A stretch of 64,000 nucleotides of DNA. It comes from an uncultured delta proteobacterium. GTDB taxonomy: Bacteria; Desulfobacterota; Syntrophia; Syntrophales; UBA2192. The stretch covers positions 32,001 through 96,000 of the forward strand of contig CAVPJD010000011.1 of assembly GCA_963705165.1 (NCBI GenBank). Direction: 5' to 3'. This document shows positions 9,960 through 20,188 of this stretch, in pieces. Below the pieces are notes generated by a model that was not told the origin of the DNA, did no database searches, and saw only the letters and a program-made list of their open reading frames with translations. Numbering within the stretch: position 1 is the stretch's first letter; every line of letters begins with the position of its first letter. A program made the position numbers and the translations under genes.

Positions 9960-10252
9960 TCGGAACGATCATGAAAACCTCTCCGGCGGATATTCAAAGC
10001 CACCTGGATGTCATTGCGGCAATTCTCATCCGATGTTTTCTGGGTGGGATGTTACTGCTGGTTGTCTGGTTTGCCTGGTTCGTCTTTGCAGGCGACTGGA
10101 TCTACCAGATTCACTCAAGGTGGTTCCAGATTCCGAAGCAGAGTTTCGATGCGATCCACTACGCCGGTATGGCTGTTACCAAAATTGCGATCATCCTCTT
10201 TTTCCTGCTTCCCTGGATCGCCATCAAACTCATGTCGGGGAAAAAGGATTAA
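9956..10252 (+). CDS. Small two-TM membrane protein (DUF6868-like)
   Basis: IHSRWF..FDAIHYAGMA..K...F.LPWIA pattern. Confidence 0.65.
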   Translation: MIGTIMKTSPADIQSHLDVIAAILIRCFLGGMLLLVVWFAWFVFAGDWIYQIHSRWFQIPKQSFDAIHYAGMAVTKIAIILFFLLPWIAIKLMSGKKD

Positions 10253-10475
10253 AATTCCTCGCACCAAGGTGCCAGGAATTTAGAATTTTATTTTACTACT
10301 TAATTATCTGTTATTATGCTCGCTTACCCCGCAGCAACGTTCGACTGGCTCACGTCAGGCGCTGCGGGGACCGGGGGCGCATCCCGTCAGGGTGCGCAAT
10401 CATGTCTAGTCAATTACCTTACCGGAAAGCCCCGCTGTGCGGAATCAGGCTTCAATGCGCGTGCAATCGTTTTCA
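10249..10475 (+). mobile_element. Non-coding palindromic mini-element, copy 1
   Basis: Near-identical to 16106-16329 (minus) and partly to 40858-40996; subterminal hairpins; ends in TTTTCA. Confidence 0.8.
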
Positions 10476-10503
10476 TAAGAAAAACGAAAGATCACTCCCG
10501 CTT

Positions 10504-10959
10504 CTATTGAACGGTGTACTTTTCGGGGTTCTGCTTGAATTCCGCAGGACAGCCTTCGCAGCAGAAATAGAAGCTCTTGCCGTGGTAGTCGATGACAGGG
10601 GTGTTCGCATTGATCTTGAACTTGTGATTCATGACGGTGCAACGGGCTTCCTGACCGATCTCCTCCTGTGTTGGCCGGCGATCCTTGAATCCGGTCTGGG
10701 CCAGATACTTGTCGGGGTCCTTCTTGAATTCGGCCGGGCAGCCTGCACAACAGAAGTAGAAGCTCTTGCCCTTGTAATTGATGACGGAGGTGCTGGCCTT
10801 CACGGCAAAGTTGTAATCCATGATGGGGCACCAGGCCTTCATGCCGATCTCGCCGGGCTTCGGCTGGCGGGTGTTGAGCTCCTGCGAAAAGGTCACGGAC
10901 GGGATCAGCAGCACGCCGATCAGCACGGCTACAAGTACGATCCTGTGAACAGGGTTCAT
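10504..10959 (-). CDS. Exported tandem YHS-domain protein
   Basis: Signal peptide and two repeats of CP/T.M...Y.GKSFYFCC.GCPAEFK..P.KY. Confidence 0.85.
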   Translation of the reverse strand: MNPVHRIVLVAVLIGVLLIPSVTFSQELNTRQPKPGEIGMKAWCPIMDYNFAVKASTSVINYKGKSFYFCCAGCPAEFKKDPDKYLAQTGFKDRRPTQEEIGQEARCTVMNHKFKINANTPVIDYHGKSFYFCCEGCPAEFKQNPEKYTVQ

Positions 10960-11082
10960 GAATTCGTCTCCTAAGCTTGGTCCACCGCTTTGCCTCATGA
11001 ACATAGATGCACGGAACGGGAAAATCAAGTCTGCCTCGAAAAACAGTCACGGAATCCAACTGCGCGCTGTGTTCCGAAACAG

Positions 11083-11118
11083 AAAAGGTCCAAGGCAATG
11101 CGCCTTGGACCTTTTTTT
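11083..11118. terminator. Intrinsic terminator after metG
   Basis: aaaaggtccaaggc-aatgc-gccttggacctttttt. Confidence 0.75.
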
Positions 11119-11215
11119 ACACGATTGACATGGAGCACCACGGAGGTTCATCGATCCCTGATTTCTTTTTCCACTGGCCACTGACCACTAGCCTCCGGAC
11201 ACGAGCCACTGACCC

Positions 11216-13117
11216 CTACCTCACCTTCCCCCCCGCCACGGGCTCCTTGTCGAACCCCACCAGCGCCAGGCCGCCTTTCTCGGCATCGGTGGCGAGCAGC
11301 ATCCCGCGGCTCTCGACGCCCATGAGCTTCGTGGGCTTGAGGTTGACGACAACGACGATCGAGCGGCCCACCATCTCTTCGGGCTTGCAGTCCTGGAGGA
11401 TGCCGGCCACGATGGTGCGCACCTCGCCGCAGTCGATCTTGAGTTTCATGAGCTTCGCGGACTTGGGCACCGCCTCGGCCTCGAGGACCTTCGCCACGCG
11501 CAGGTCGATCTTGCCGAAGTCGTCCCAGGTGATCTCGGGGAGCATCTCGAACTTCTTTGCGGGCGCCTCTTCCTCCTTCTTGTACTCCACCCTCGGGAAG
11601 AGGGCCTCGCCGCGGGTCACGGTGGCGCCGGGCTTGGTGCCGCCCCAGCTGCGGATGGCGTCGAAGCTGAACTCCTTCACGTCGGCAAGTCCGATCTGGT
11701 CGAGGATCTTGCGTGCCGTGTCGGGCATGAAGGGGTATACGAAGTAGGCCGTGAGCCTGAGGGACTCCATGAGGTTGTAGATGACCGTCTCGAGGCGGCC
11801 GCTCTTCGCGGGGTCCTTGGCAAGCGTCCAGGGCTCGTTTTCGACGATGTACTTGTTGGCGACGTTGATGAACTCCCAGATGGAGATGAGCACCTTGTGG
11901 AACGTGAGCTCCCGGAAGAACTGCTCCACCTCCGCGAGGGTCTTTGCCGCCGCGTCGGTGATCTTTTTATCGGCCTCGTCGGCTGCCTTCGGCGCGGGGA
12001 CTTTCCCCTGGAAGTACTTCACGTCCATGGCGACGACGCGGCTCACGAGGTTGCCCAGGTCGTTGGCCAGATCCGAGTTGATCCGCTGGACGAGGGCCTC
12101 CTCGCTGAAGCTCGAATCGAGCCCGAAGACCATGTCGCGAAGCAGGAAATAGCGGAAGGCATCGAGGCCGTACTTGTCCTTGAGATCCAGGGGCCGCACG
12201 ACGTTACCCAGGCTCTTGGACATCTTGCTCGCGTCCACGTTCCAGTAACCGTGGACATTGAGGTTCTTGTAAGGCCCGATCCCGGCGGACTTGAGCATCG
12301 TGGGCCAGTAGATCCCGTGGGGCTTCACGATGTCCTTGGCGATGAGGTGCTCCGAGGCCGCCCAGTATTTGCCGAAGTCCTTCCCGCCGGGGTAGCCGAT
12401 GCCCGTGACGTAGTTGATGAGCGCGTCGAACCAGACGTAGGTGACGTACTCCTTGTCCCAGGGGATCTCGATGCCCCAGGTCAGGCGCGTCTTGGGCCGC
12501 GAGATACAGAGGTCCTCCAGGGGCTGCTGCAGGAAGGAGAGCACTTCGTTTTTGTAGCGCTCGGGGCGGATGAAGTCGGGGTTGTCGTGGATGTAGCCGA
12601 TGAGCCACTGCTGGTACTTGCTCATTTTGAAGAAGTAGTTGCTCTCCTTGCGGTACTCGGGCTCCGTCTGGTGGTCGGGGCACTTGCCGTCGACCAGTTC
12701 CGTCTCCGTGTAAAAGCGCTCGCAGCCCACGCAGTAGTGGCCGCCGTACTCGCCGAAGTAGATGTCGCCCGCGTCGTAGACCTTCTGGAGGATGTACTGG
12801 ACGGTCTTGACGTGGTTTTCGTCGGTGGTGCGGATGAAGTAGTCGTTGGTGACGGAGAGCTGGGGCCAGAGGTTGCGGAACTGGATCGAGATCTTGTCGG
12901 CGTAGGACTTGGGCGTTTCGTTGTTCTTCCGGGCCGCCTCGGCGATCTTGTCGCCGTGTTCGTCGGTGCCCGTCATGAAGAAGACGTCGTAGCCCGACAT
13001 GCGGTAGAAGCGGGCCATGACGTCGCCCACGATGGTCGTGTAGGCATGCCCGATGTGAGGCGAGGCGTTGACGTAGTAGATGGGTGTCGTGACGTAAAAG
13101 ACCTTCTGGGCGTTCAC
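11216..13117 (-). CDS. metG: Methionine--tRNA ligase with C-terminal tRNA-binding domain
   Basis: HIGH and KMSKS motifs, YVWFDAL, EMAP-like C-terminus. Confidence 0.97.
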   Translation of the reverse strand: MNAQKVFYVTTPIYYVNASPHIGHAYTTIVGDVMARFYRMSGYDVFFMTGTDEHGDKIAEAARKNNETPKSYADKISIQFRNLWPQLSVTNDYFIRTTDENHVKTVQYILQKVYDAGDIYFGEYGGHYCVGCERFYTETELVDGKCPDHQTEPEYRKESNYFFKMSKYQQWLIGYIHDNPDFIRPERYKNEVLSFLQQPLEDLCISRPKTRLTWGIEIPWDKEYVTYVWFDALINYVTGIGYPGGKDFGKYWAASEHLIAKDIVKPHGIYWPTMLKSAGIGPYKNLNVHGYWNVDASKMSKSLGNVVRPLDLKDKYGLDAFRYFLLRDMVFGLDSSFSEEALVQRINSDLANDLGNLVSRVVAMDVKYFQGKVPAPKAADEADKKITDAAAKTLAEVEQFFRELTFHKVLISIWEFINVANKYIVENEPWTLAKDPAKSGRLETVIYNLMESLRLTAYFVYPFMPDTARKILDQIGLADVKEFSFDAIRSWGGTKPGATVTRGEALFPRVEYKKEEEAPAKKFEMLPEITWDDFGKIDLRVAKVLEAEAVPKSAKLMKLKIDCGEVRTIVAGILQDCKPEEMVGRSIVVVVNLKPTKLMGVESRGMLLATDAEKGGLALVGFDKEPVAGGKVR

Positions 13118-13210
13118 GGTGCCTCCTTTATCCAGTGCCTGATGGTGTTGTCAGAATATCGGCGGGATGTGCCCCCGATGAGGCGGGGCGGCGGATCGAG
13201 GCAGGGGATG

Positions 13211-14083
13211 TCAGCGCTGTCCCCGGCCCCCGTTTCTCGGGCCTCTGGGCGGCGGCCCTTCGGCTGCCGGGCCCGGTAAGGGCTGGGGCTCCCTGAGATC
13301 CTTGATCTCGACCTCGACTTCCTTTCCCTCCTCGGTATAGACGGCCAGAGTGCCCTTGAGAATGTTCTGGCGGATCACCTTGCCCGATCCCCCCTGGGCG
13401 ATTCCGACCCGTTTGCCGCACTTGGGCATCCCGCGTTTCATGTCCAGGTACGAGTCGTACTCGAAGGCCAGGCAGCACATCAATCGGCCGCACAAGCCCG
13501 ATATCTTCTCCGGGTTGAGCGGCATGTTCTGCTCCTTGGCCATCTTCACGGACACGCGGTCGAGGTTGTAAAGGAAATTGGTGCAGCAGATCTTCTGGCC
13601 GCAGACCCCGAGCCCGCCGAAAATCCGCGCTTCGTTGCGGGCCCCGATCTGGCGCAGCTCGATCCGGGTCTTGAACTTCTGGACGAGGTCTTTCACCAGC
13701 TCGCGAAAATCGACCCGGTTGTCGGCAGTGAAGAAGAAGATGAGCTTGCTGCGGTCGAAGAGGCACTCCACGCTGATGAGCTTCATGGGGAGGCCCCGCT
13801 CGCGTATGCGCCTGAAGCAGAGCTCCCGGGCGTCGCGCTCGAGCTTCTGGTTCTGCTCCAGCGCCCGCAGGTCCTCATCGGTGCATCTCCGGACGATGTT
13901 CCTAATGTCCGTCGGCAGCAGGTGCAGGGGGACGGCCTTGCTGTCCGTAGCCACAATCCCCACGCTCGGCCCGTTCTCCGTGTTGACGATGACCGCGTCG
14001 TTCTTTTTCAACGTCTCGTCCGAGGTCTGGAAGTTGAGCACCCGCCCTTCCTTCTCCGCCCGGACGCCTACGATATGTCTCAC
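13211..14083 (-). CDS. ricT: PSP1/RicT (YaaT) family protein
   Basis: RVDFRELVKDL, GVCGQKICC, SGLCGRLMCCL; conserved holB-ricT-metG gene order. Confidence 0.9.
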   Translation of the reverse strand: MRHIVGVRAEKEGRVLNFQTSDETLKKNDAVIVNTENGPSVGIVATDSKAVPLHLLPTDIRNIVRRCTDEDLRALEQNQKLERDARELCFRRIRERGLPMKLISVECLFDRSKLIFFFTADNRVDFRELVKDLVQKFKTRIELRQIGARNEARIFGGLGVCGQKICCTNFLYNLDRVSVKMAKEQNMPLNPEKISGLCGRLMCCLAFEYDSYLDMKRGMPKCGKRVGIAQGGSGKVIRQNILKGTLAVYTEEGKEVEVEIKDLREPQPLPGPAAEGPPPRGPRNGGRGQR

Positions 14084-14104
14084 GTCTATTTCACCTTCCC
14101 GCCC

Positions 14105-15124
14105 TCAGCGGCCTGTGCGGCCTCGGCGGGAATCCTCAACGAAATTGGCCTTGTTGGTGAACAATGTAAAGACCATCGTCTCCAAAGTCAATGGTTTATT
14201 CACGTTGCGCTCGATGGCCGCCGCGGCCCCCTCGATCGCCCGGACGCTCCGGAGGATCCCCTCCGCGTCGAACAGGCCCGCCAGGCGCCCGATGTCGCCC
14301 GCATGATCCAGGTTGATGAGCGCCTCGGCGCGCCCCGTTTCCTTGAAGACGAGCAGGTCCCGGTACCAGGTCTTCAGGATGTCGAGGGCTTCCTGGATGT
14401 CCTCCCGGTCGCCGGCAAGCTCGCCCGCGAGTGCCAGACAGCCCAGCGGGTCGAGGGCCCCTTTCGAAACCCGGCCCAGGATTGAGTCGCGCAGGGCGAG
14501 ATAATCTCCCTTGTGCAGGTTGAGGGCCCGGCCGATGCTCCCCCCGGCCGAGGCGGCCAGAATGAGGGCCTTGTCGGGCGCAAGCGCATGCTCCTTTTCC
14601 AGGAAGGCGGCAATGACGTCGCGCTGCACGGGGTTGAAGCGCAGACGGTGGCACCGCGACGGAATGGTCAGGGGCAGCAGGTGCGGCCGCGACGAGACGA
14701 GGACGAAGACGTTCGTGGACGAGGGCTCCTCGAGGGTCTTGAGGAGCGAGTTGGCCGAGGTGATGTTCATGCGCTCGGCATCGTCGATGATCACGACGCG
14801 CCTGGCCCCCTCGAGGGGCCGGAAACGCATCCTCTCCTGCAGCTCCTTGATGTCGGCAACCTTGATGAACTGGCCCTCGGGCTCGATGATGAGGATATCG
14901 GGGTGGTTGCCGCTGTCGATCTTCCGGCAGGAGGTGCAGGCATCGCACGGATCGGCGCCGCCATTTTCGCAGTTGAGGGCCTTGGCGAAGACGAGGGCCG
15001 TGGTGCGCTTTCCGATGCCCTCGGCCCCGTAAAAGAGAAAGGCGTGAGGCACCCGCTTCTTCCCGATGTCGCTCCGAAGGACAGCGATGGGCCCTTCCTG
15101 GCCGTAGATCGAGGAAAAGCTCAT
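14105..15124 (-). CDS. holB: DNA polymerase III delta' subunit
   Basis: HAFLFYG, CxxCxSC zinc module, ANSLLKTLEEP, SRC. Confidence 0.93.
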   Translation of the reverse strand: MSFSSIYGQEGPIAVLRSDIGKKRVPHAFLFYGAEGIGKRTTALVFAKALNCENGGADPCDACTSCRKIDSGNHPDILIIEPEGQFIKVADIKELQERMRFRPLEGARRVVIIDDAERMNITSANSLLKTLEEPSSTNVFVLVSSRPHLLPLTIPSRCHRLRFNPVQRDVIAAFLEKEHALAPDKALILAASAGGSIGRALNLHKGDYLALRDSILGRVSKGALDPLGCLALAGELAGDREDIQEALDILKTWYRDLLVFKETGRAEALINLDHAGDIGRLAGLFDAEGILRSVRAIEGAAAAIERNVNKPLTLETMVFTLFTNKANFVEDSRRGRTGR

Positions 15125-15127
15125 GGG

Positions 15128-15772
15128 TCAGACCCCCAGAAAAGACGAGAGAATGGCGCGAACCTCGCGCCGGGTGGACTCGACGTCGCGCGAGGCGTCG
15201 ATGATTTTCACCCGGTTGGGCTCCTGCCGGGCGATGGTGAGGTAGCCCTCGCGGATGCGGCGGTGAAAATCGAGGTGCTCGAGCTCGAAGCGGTCCTCGC
15301 GGCTGTTCTCCTCGCGGCCGGCGATGCGGCGAAATGCCCGCTCGAGGCCCTTTTCCACGGGAAGATCGAAAAGGAGTGTGAGGCGGGGCGAAAGCCCCCG
15401 CGAGGCAAAGCGGCAGATCTCCCGGACGGCCTCCAGGGGAAGCCCCCGGCCGTATGCCTGGTAGGCGATGGTGGCGTCGGAAAAGCGGTCGCAGAGGATG
15501 ACCTTTCCCGCCTCCAGAGAGGGAAGGATCACGGCATCGGTGTGCTGGGCCCTGGCTGCGGCGAAGAGGAAGACCTCCGCCTCGCCCGAGATGTCGACTC
15601 CAACCTGGTTGAGCAGGATCTCGCGGATTCGCTCCCCCAGCGGAGTGCCGCCGGGCTCCTGGGTCGTGATGACCGCAAGACCCTTTTCCCGCAGGAATTC
15701 CCCCGCGAGCCGGAGCTGGGTGGTCTTTCCGGACCCTTCGACGCCCTCAAAGGTGATGAAACGTCCCGCCAT
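15128..15772 (-). CDS. tmk: Thymidylate kinase
   Basis: FEGVEGSGKTTQ, EPGGT, CDRF. Confidence 0.95.
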   Translation of the reverse strand: MAGRFITFEGVEGSGKTTQLRLAGEFLREKGLAVITTQEPGGTPLGERIREILLNQVGVDISGEAEVFLFAAARAQHTDAVILPSLEAGKVILCDRFSDATIAYQAYGRGLPLEAVREICRFASRGLSPRLTLLFDLPVEKGLERAFRRIAGREENSREDRFELEHLDFHRRIREGYLTIARQEPNRVKIIDASRDVESTRREVRAILSSFLGV

Positions 15773-15906
15773 GGCCGATCGGCATTCCTTTCAGGACGAA
15801 CAGGGTAGTGATTTTCCCGCTGCGATTGCGGCCACAAAAAAGAAAGAGGGGAAACCCTTTTAGACGGGTTCCGCTCCCCTCGTTTCAACCAACCGGTCCT
15901 GCGGGC

Positions 15907-16335
<429 letters not shown>

Positions 16336-16359
16336 TTAGCCGGTGTGACGGTCGCGGCC

Positions 16360-16584
16360 CTAGACGGACTCGACAGTCTTCACCTCCGGGACGTTCATTT
16401 TCAGAATACGCTCGATGCCCATCTTCAGGGTCATCTGGGACATGGGGCATCCGTGGCAGCGGCCGGTGAGCCTCACCTTGACGATCCCGTCCTCGGTTAC
16501 ATCCACCAGCTCCACATCGCCGCCGTCGCGCTGAAGGTTGGGCCGCACCTGATCCAAAGCCGCCTGGACTTTTTCTTTCATCAT
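16360..16584 (-). CDS. NifU/NfuA C-terminal domain protein
   Basis: [21 protein letters not shown]. Confidence 0.9.
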   Translation of the reverse strand: MMKEKVQAALDQVRPNLQRDGGDVELVDVTEDGIVKVRLTGRCHGCPMSQMTLKMGIERILKMNVPEVKTVESV

Positions 16585-16783
16585 GACACTCCTGACGTCG
16601 TGTCGGGGTCAGGGTCCAGGGTAAAGGGTCCCGGGAAATACCTGATGCCCGTTCTTCAACGATTCATTTAATCACGAAATCGGCTATGTCTATTTTGCCT
16701 GTCGTGTCTGGAGTCTTTTCCGTTCGCCTCGTCTTCCCCTGTACCCTGTACCCTTTACCCGGTACCCACGGGGCGTAGCCCCT

Positions 16784-17380
16784 TTAATGCGGCATCCGGT
16801 CGATCATCTTCCGTACCATCGATCGGCCCATGCTGGTGAGCTCCGGCTTCAGGAACCGGTACTCCTCGCTAACCAGGTGTCCGGCCCTCCACATGGTCTT
16901 GCCCGTCTTCGTGTCGACAAGCTTCATAGAGATCCCCACCCGCGCGATCTTGTCGCCGCCGAGCATCGTGTATTCCCACACATCGACGGTGGAGATAAGG
17001 ATCGCCTCGATCCCGCAAAGCTCGCTGATCACCTTGCAGAGCTCGGGATCCGAAAAGTTCAGCTCCCGGAGCTTTGCCAGGTAAACCTCAACGGACTTCT
17101 TGAGCTCGGGGTTCGCCTCGATCTGCTTGCGGATGTCCTCGCCGCCGACAACGGTCTGGAACCACTTCGTCCTTACGAGCACGTCCGTGATGATGCCGTC
17201 GATTTTCCCCTCGGCATCCTTGTAGATGCCCGCGTCGGCGGGCAGCACCCCGATCGTCTTCGGGTGAAAGTCCTTTGCCTCATCGGCCATCTGCACCAAC
17301 CGCAGGCTCTCACAGCCGGCGATGAGCCAGACGACCCATACCGCCAGGATGACCCGGGCCGGTCCGCGAATCCTGCTCAA
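16784..17380 (-). CDS. Lipoprotein (CsgG/LpoB/DUF799-like)
   Basis: Lipobox LIAGC; KLVDTKTGKTMW C-terminal strand; TTG start inferred from a GGGGGAG RBS. Confidence 0.65.
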   Translation of the reverse strand: MSRIRGPARVILAVWVVWLIAGCESLRLVQMADEAKDFHPKTIGVLPADAGIYKDAEGKIDGIITDVLVRTKWFQTVVGGEDIRKQIEANPELKKSVEVYLAKLRELNFSDPELCKVISELCGIEAILISTVDVWEYTMLGGDKIARVGISMKLVDTKTGKTMWRAGHLVSEEYRFLKPELTSMGRSMVRKMIDRMPH

Positions 17381-17397
17381 GGGTTCTCCCCCTGTCC

Positions 17398-19155
17398 TCA
17401 CGTGAGCAGCCGGAGGGCGACTAGCCAGCCGACCGTGCATAACCCCGCGAGAATATAGTTGGTTTCCAGCAGTCCGTTGATCACGGCCGCGGAAAGCGCC
17501 GTTCTTCTATCACAAAGTTTGAAACAAATCCACATGTAAAATACGCAGGGTAAAAGCATGAAACTGAGCGAAGTCGTCCACTTGAGCGGATGGGAAAGGA
17601 CGAGCAGCACCGCCAGGATCAGGGAGATCCCGTAGAGCAGCTTCCGCGTCCTGCTCTCGCCGATGACGACGGGGATGGTCTCGCGCCCCAGCAGGCGGTC
17701 GCTCTGGATCTCAATGAGGTCCGAGAGGGACGACCGGACCAGGACGATCGAGAAAATGAAGAGGAACGCCACGGTCATGTCCGCCGAGACTTCGATTGGC
17801 CATTCCATGTAGGGAACAACGGCAATGACGAGGGCCCAGGCGGCGGCCATGAAGAGGTTCTTTGTGCCGGGCAGGTCCCGCAGCCTGCGGAAACGCCAGC
17901 CCTTCGGGAAGACCCGCATGTTGTAGAGGGCCCCCACGATGGAGATGAGAGCGAGCAGGAGCCAGGGCAAAAGACCGATCAGGTAGGCAAGCCCCAGGGA
18001 CAGGAGCATGGCGAGAAATGCCGTGACCACGTATCCCTTTGTGTGTTTCGCGTAGGCCTCCTCGCGGAAGGTCCCCCTGAGGCCACTCACCTCCCGGTCA
18101 ACGAAGCGGTTGAGGGTGTGGACGGAGAACACGTAGGAGGCCGCCATGAGGAGCTGAAGGATGCTGAAGGAGACCCCCTGGAGGTACTGGGCGGCAAGCG
18201 CCAGGCAGGCGGCCCCGATGGCGGCATAGACGTCGGTCCCGACGGAGGCAAGCCACAGGTTGACAAGCCATCCCCGCGCGTGGGACCCGAGCCGGGCGTT
18301 CTGGATCGTGTCGACGACGCGCTCGATGATCCAGTTTGGCGTCGAGGCCCCGGCGGAAATCCCGATGCGGTTGTACTTGTGGAGCGGCACCTCACGGATC
18401 TCCTCAGCCGTCTCGATGTGGAAGGTTGGCGTGCCCATGGACTCGGAGATCTGGGCCAGGCGATGGGTGTTGGCGCTGTTACGCCCCCCGACGATGAAGA
18501 CGGCATCCATGGCGCAGGCGAGTTCCTTGATCTCGGCCTGACGCTTCTCCGTGGAGTCGCAGATCGTGTCGAAGACGACCGTTTCGGGGACGCGCCCGCG
18601 GATCTTCTCCACGATGGCCCGGTACTCGTCGAGGCTCTGCGTCGTCTGGGCCACGACACAGACCTTCTCCATGGCGGGCAGGCGGTCCACGTCTTCCAGC
18701 CTGCTGACGACGGTGCCCCGGCCGCCGGCGTATCCCAAAAGGCCGTTTACCTCTGGATGCTCGGCATCGCCTACGATGACGACGCGATAGCCCTGGGCGG
18801 CGTGTTTCTTGATGACCGACTGGACCCGCCCCACCTTCGGGCAGGTGGCGTCGACGATCATGACCTTCTTTCTCTTGAGGGTGTCGCGATCCTGGGGCGA
18901 GATGCCGTGGGCCCGGATGATGACGGTCGTCCCTTCCTCGATCCCGTCGAGATCCTTCACTGGAATGATGCCGCGCTTCTTTAGAAGTTCCACCGTCTGG
19001 GGGTTGTGGATGAGGGGCCCGAAGGTGTAGATCTTGCGGTCGCCCTTGTGCTGGGCCATGTCGAGGACCATGTCGACGGCCCTTCTGACGCCCATGCAGA
19101 ACCCCGCCGTCTCGGCCAGCCGGATCTCGATGTTTTTCACGAACCTTTTGATCAT
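17398..19155 (-). CDS. ispH: IspH fused to a C-terminal UbiA-family prenyltransferase domain
   Basis: GFCMGV, IHN, RAHG, DATCP, QTT, TICDST, SAN, GASTP motifs, followed by ~8 TM helices with NRFVD and DLIEIQSD motifs. Confidence 0.92.
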   Translation of the reverse strand: MIKRFVKNIEIRLAETAGFCMGVRRAVDMVLDMAQHKGDRKIYTFGPLIHNPQTVELLKKRGIIPVKDLDGIEEGTTVIIRAHGISPQDRDTLKRKKVMIVDATCPKVGRVQSVIKKHAAQGYRVVIVGDAEHPEVNGLLGYAGGRGTVVSRLEDVDRLPAMEKVCVVAQTTQSLDEYRAIVEKIRGRVPETVVFDTICDSTEKRQAEIKELACAMDAVFIVGGRNSANTHRLAQISESMGTPTFHIETAEEIREVPLHKYNRIGISAGASTPNWIIERVVDTIQNARLGSHARGWLVNLWLASVGTDVYAAIGAACLALAAQYLQGVSFSILQLLMAASYVFSVHTLNRFVDREVSGLRGTFREEAYAKHTKGYVVTAFLAMLLSLGLAYLIGLLPWLLLALISIVGALYNMRVFPKGWRFRRLRDLPGTKNLFMAAAWALVIAVVPYMEWPIEVSADMTVAFLFIFSIVLVRSSLSDLIEIQSDRLLGRETIPVVIGESRTRKLLYGISLILAVLLVLSHPLKWTTSLSFMLLPCVFYMWICFKLCDRRTALSAAVINGLLETNYILAGLCTVGWLVALRLLT

Positions 19156-19254
19156 GGAAAAACAGGGTACAGGGTCAAGGGTTCAGGGTACAGGGAAAAA
19201 CAAGGTGTCTGGTTATTCCCATCATTTTTCCGCTCTTCCGATATTCCTCACTTC

Positions 19255-20010
19255 CTAACTTCCTTCTTTTTTAACGGCCCAGATGAAGAATTCCTTGTTC
19301 CCCTCGGGACCCGTGAGCGGTGACTCGCAGGTCCCCCGGACGGACAGGCCCTGTTCGGCAAAGAAGGCAGCCAGTTCCGCCACCACCCTGAGGTGAACCG
19401 CCGGGTCCCGGACGACGCCCTTCTTGCCCACCTCGCCCCGGCCCACTTCGAACTGCGGCTTGACGAGGGCAAGGATCAACCCGCCGCCCTTTACGAAGCG
19501 GAGCACGGATGGGATGACGTGCCTCAGCGAAATGAAGGATGTGTCGATCGTCGCGACGTCGACGGGCTCCTCGACCCCCACGCCCTGGAAGTGCCGGATG
19601 TTGGTCCGCTCGAAGATGACGACCCGGGGGTCGTTGCGCAGCTTCCAGGCGAGCTGGCCGTAACCTACGTCGACGGCGTAGACCTTCCGGGCCCCTTCCT
19701 GCAGGAGACAGTCCGTGAAGCCTCCCGTCGAGGCGCCCACGTCGAGGGTCGAAAGCCCGTCGACCCGGATGCCGAAGGCCTCCAGAGCCCCCTTGAGCTT
19801 CACACCGCCGCGGCTCACGTAGGGGTGATCCTCGCCTCGGATCCGGACGGCCGCGTCTTCGGCGATGAGAGCGCCCGCCTTGTCGACGGGCTCCTCGTGG
19901 ACAAGCACCGCACCTGCCAGGATGAGGGCCCGCGCCCGCTCCCGGGACGCAACAAGGCCCCGGTCCACGAGCAGCACGTCCAGCCTGATTTTAGGGGATT
20001 TTTCTTTCAT
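19255..20010 (-). CDS. tlyA: TlyA family rRNA methyltransferase
   Basis: S4 domain, YVSRGG.KL, DVGASTGGFT, KPQFE. Confidence 0.93.
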   Translation of the reverse strand: MKEKSPKIRLDVLLVDRGLVASRERARALILAGAVLVHEEPVDKAGALIAEDAAVRIRGEDHPYVSRGGVKLKGALEAFGIRVDGLSTLDVGASTGGFTDCLLQEGARKVYAVDVGYGQLAWKLRNDPRVVIFERTNIRHFQGVGVEEPVDVATIDTSFISLRHVIPSVLRFVKGGGLILALVKPQFEVGRGEVGKKGVVRDPAVHLRVVAELAAFFAEQGLSVRGTCESPLTGPEGNKEFFIWAVKKEGS

Positions 20011-20188
20011 GAATGAATGGTGGCGGGTAAAGGGCCCGGCCTGAGTCTTCAGGCTCCGAATATGCGAAGATCGGAAGATCGGAGGAGCGGAAGATCGGAC
20101 GGAATCACAGACAAGAGGAGCAGGATCATCGCCTTCTTCCTTTTTCTTACTCCGCTCTTCTGCTCTTCCGCTCTTCCTAACTTCATTG

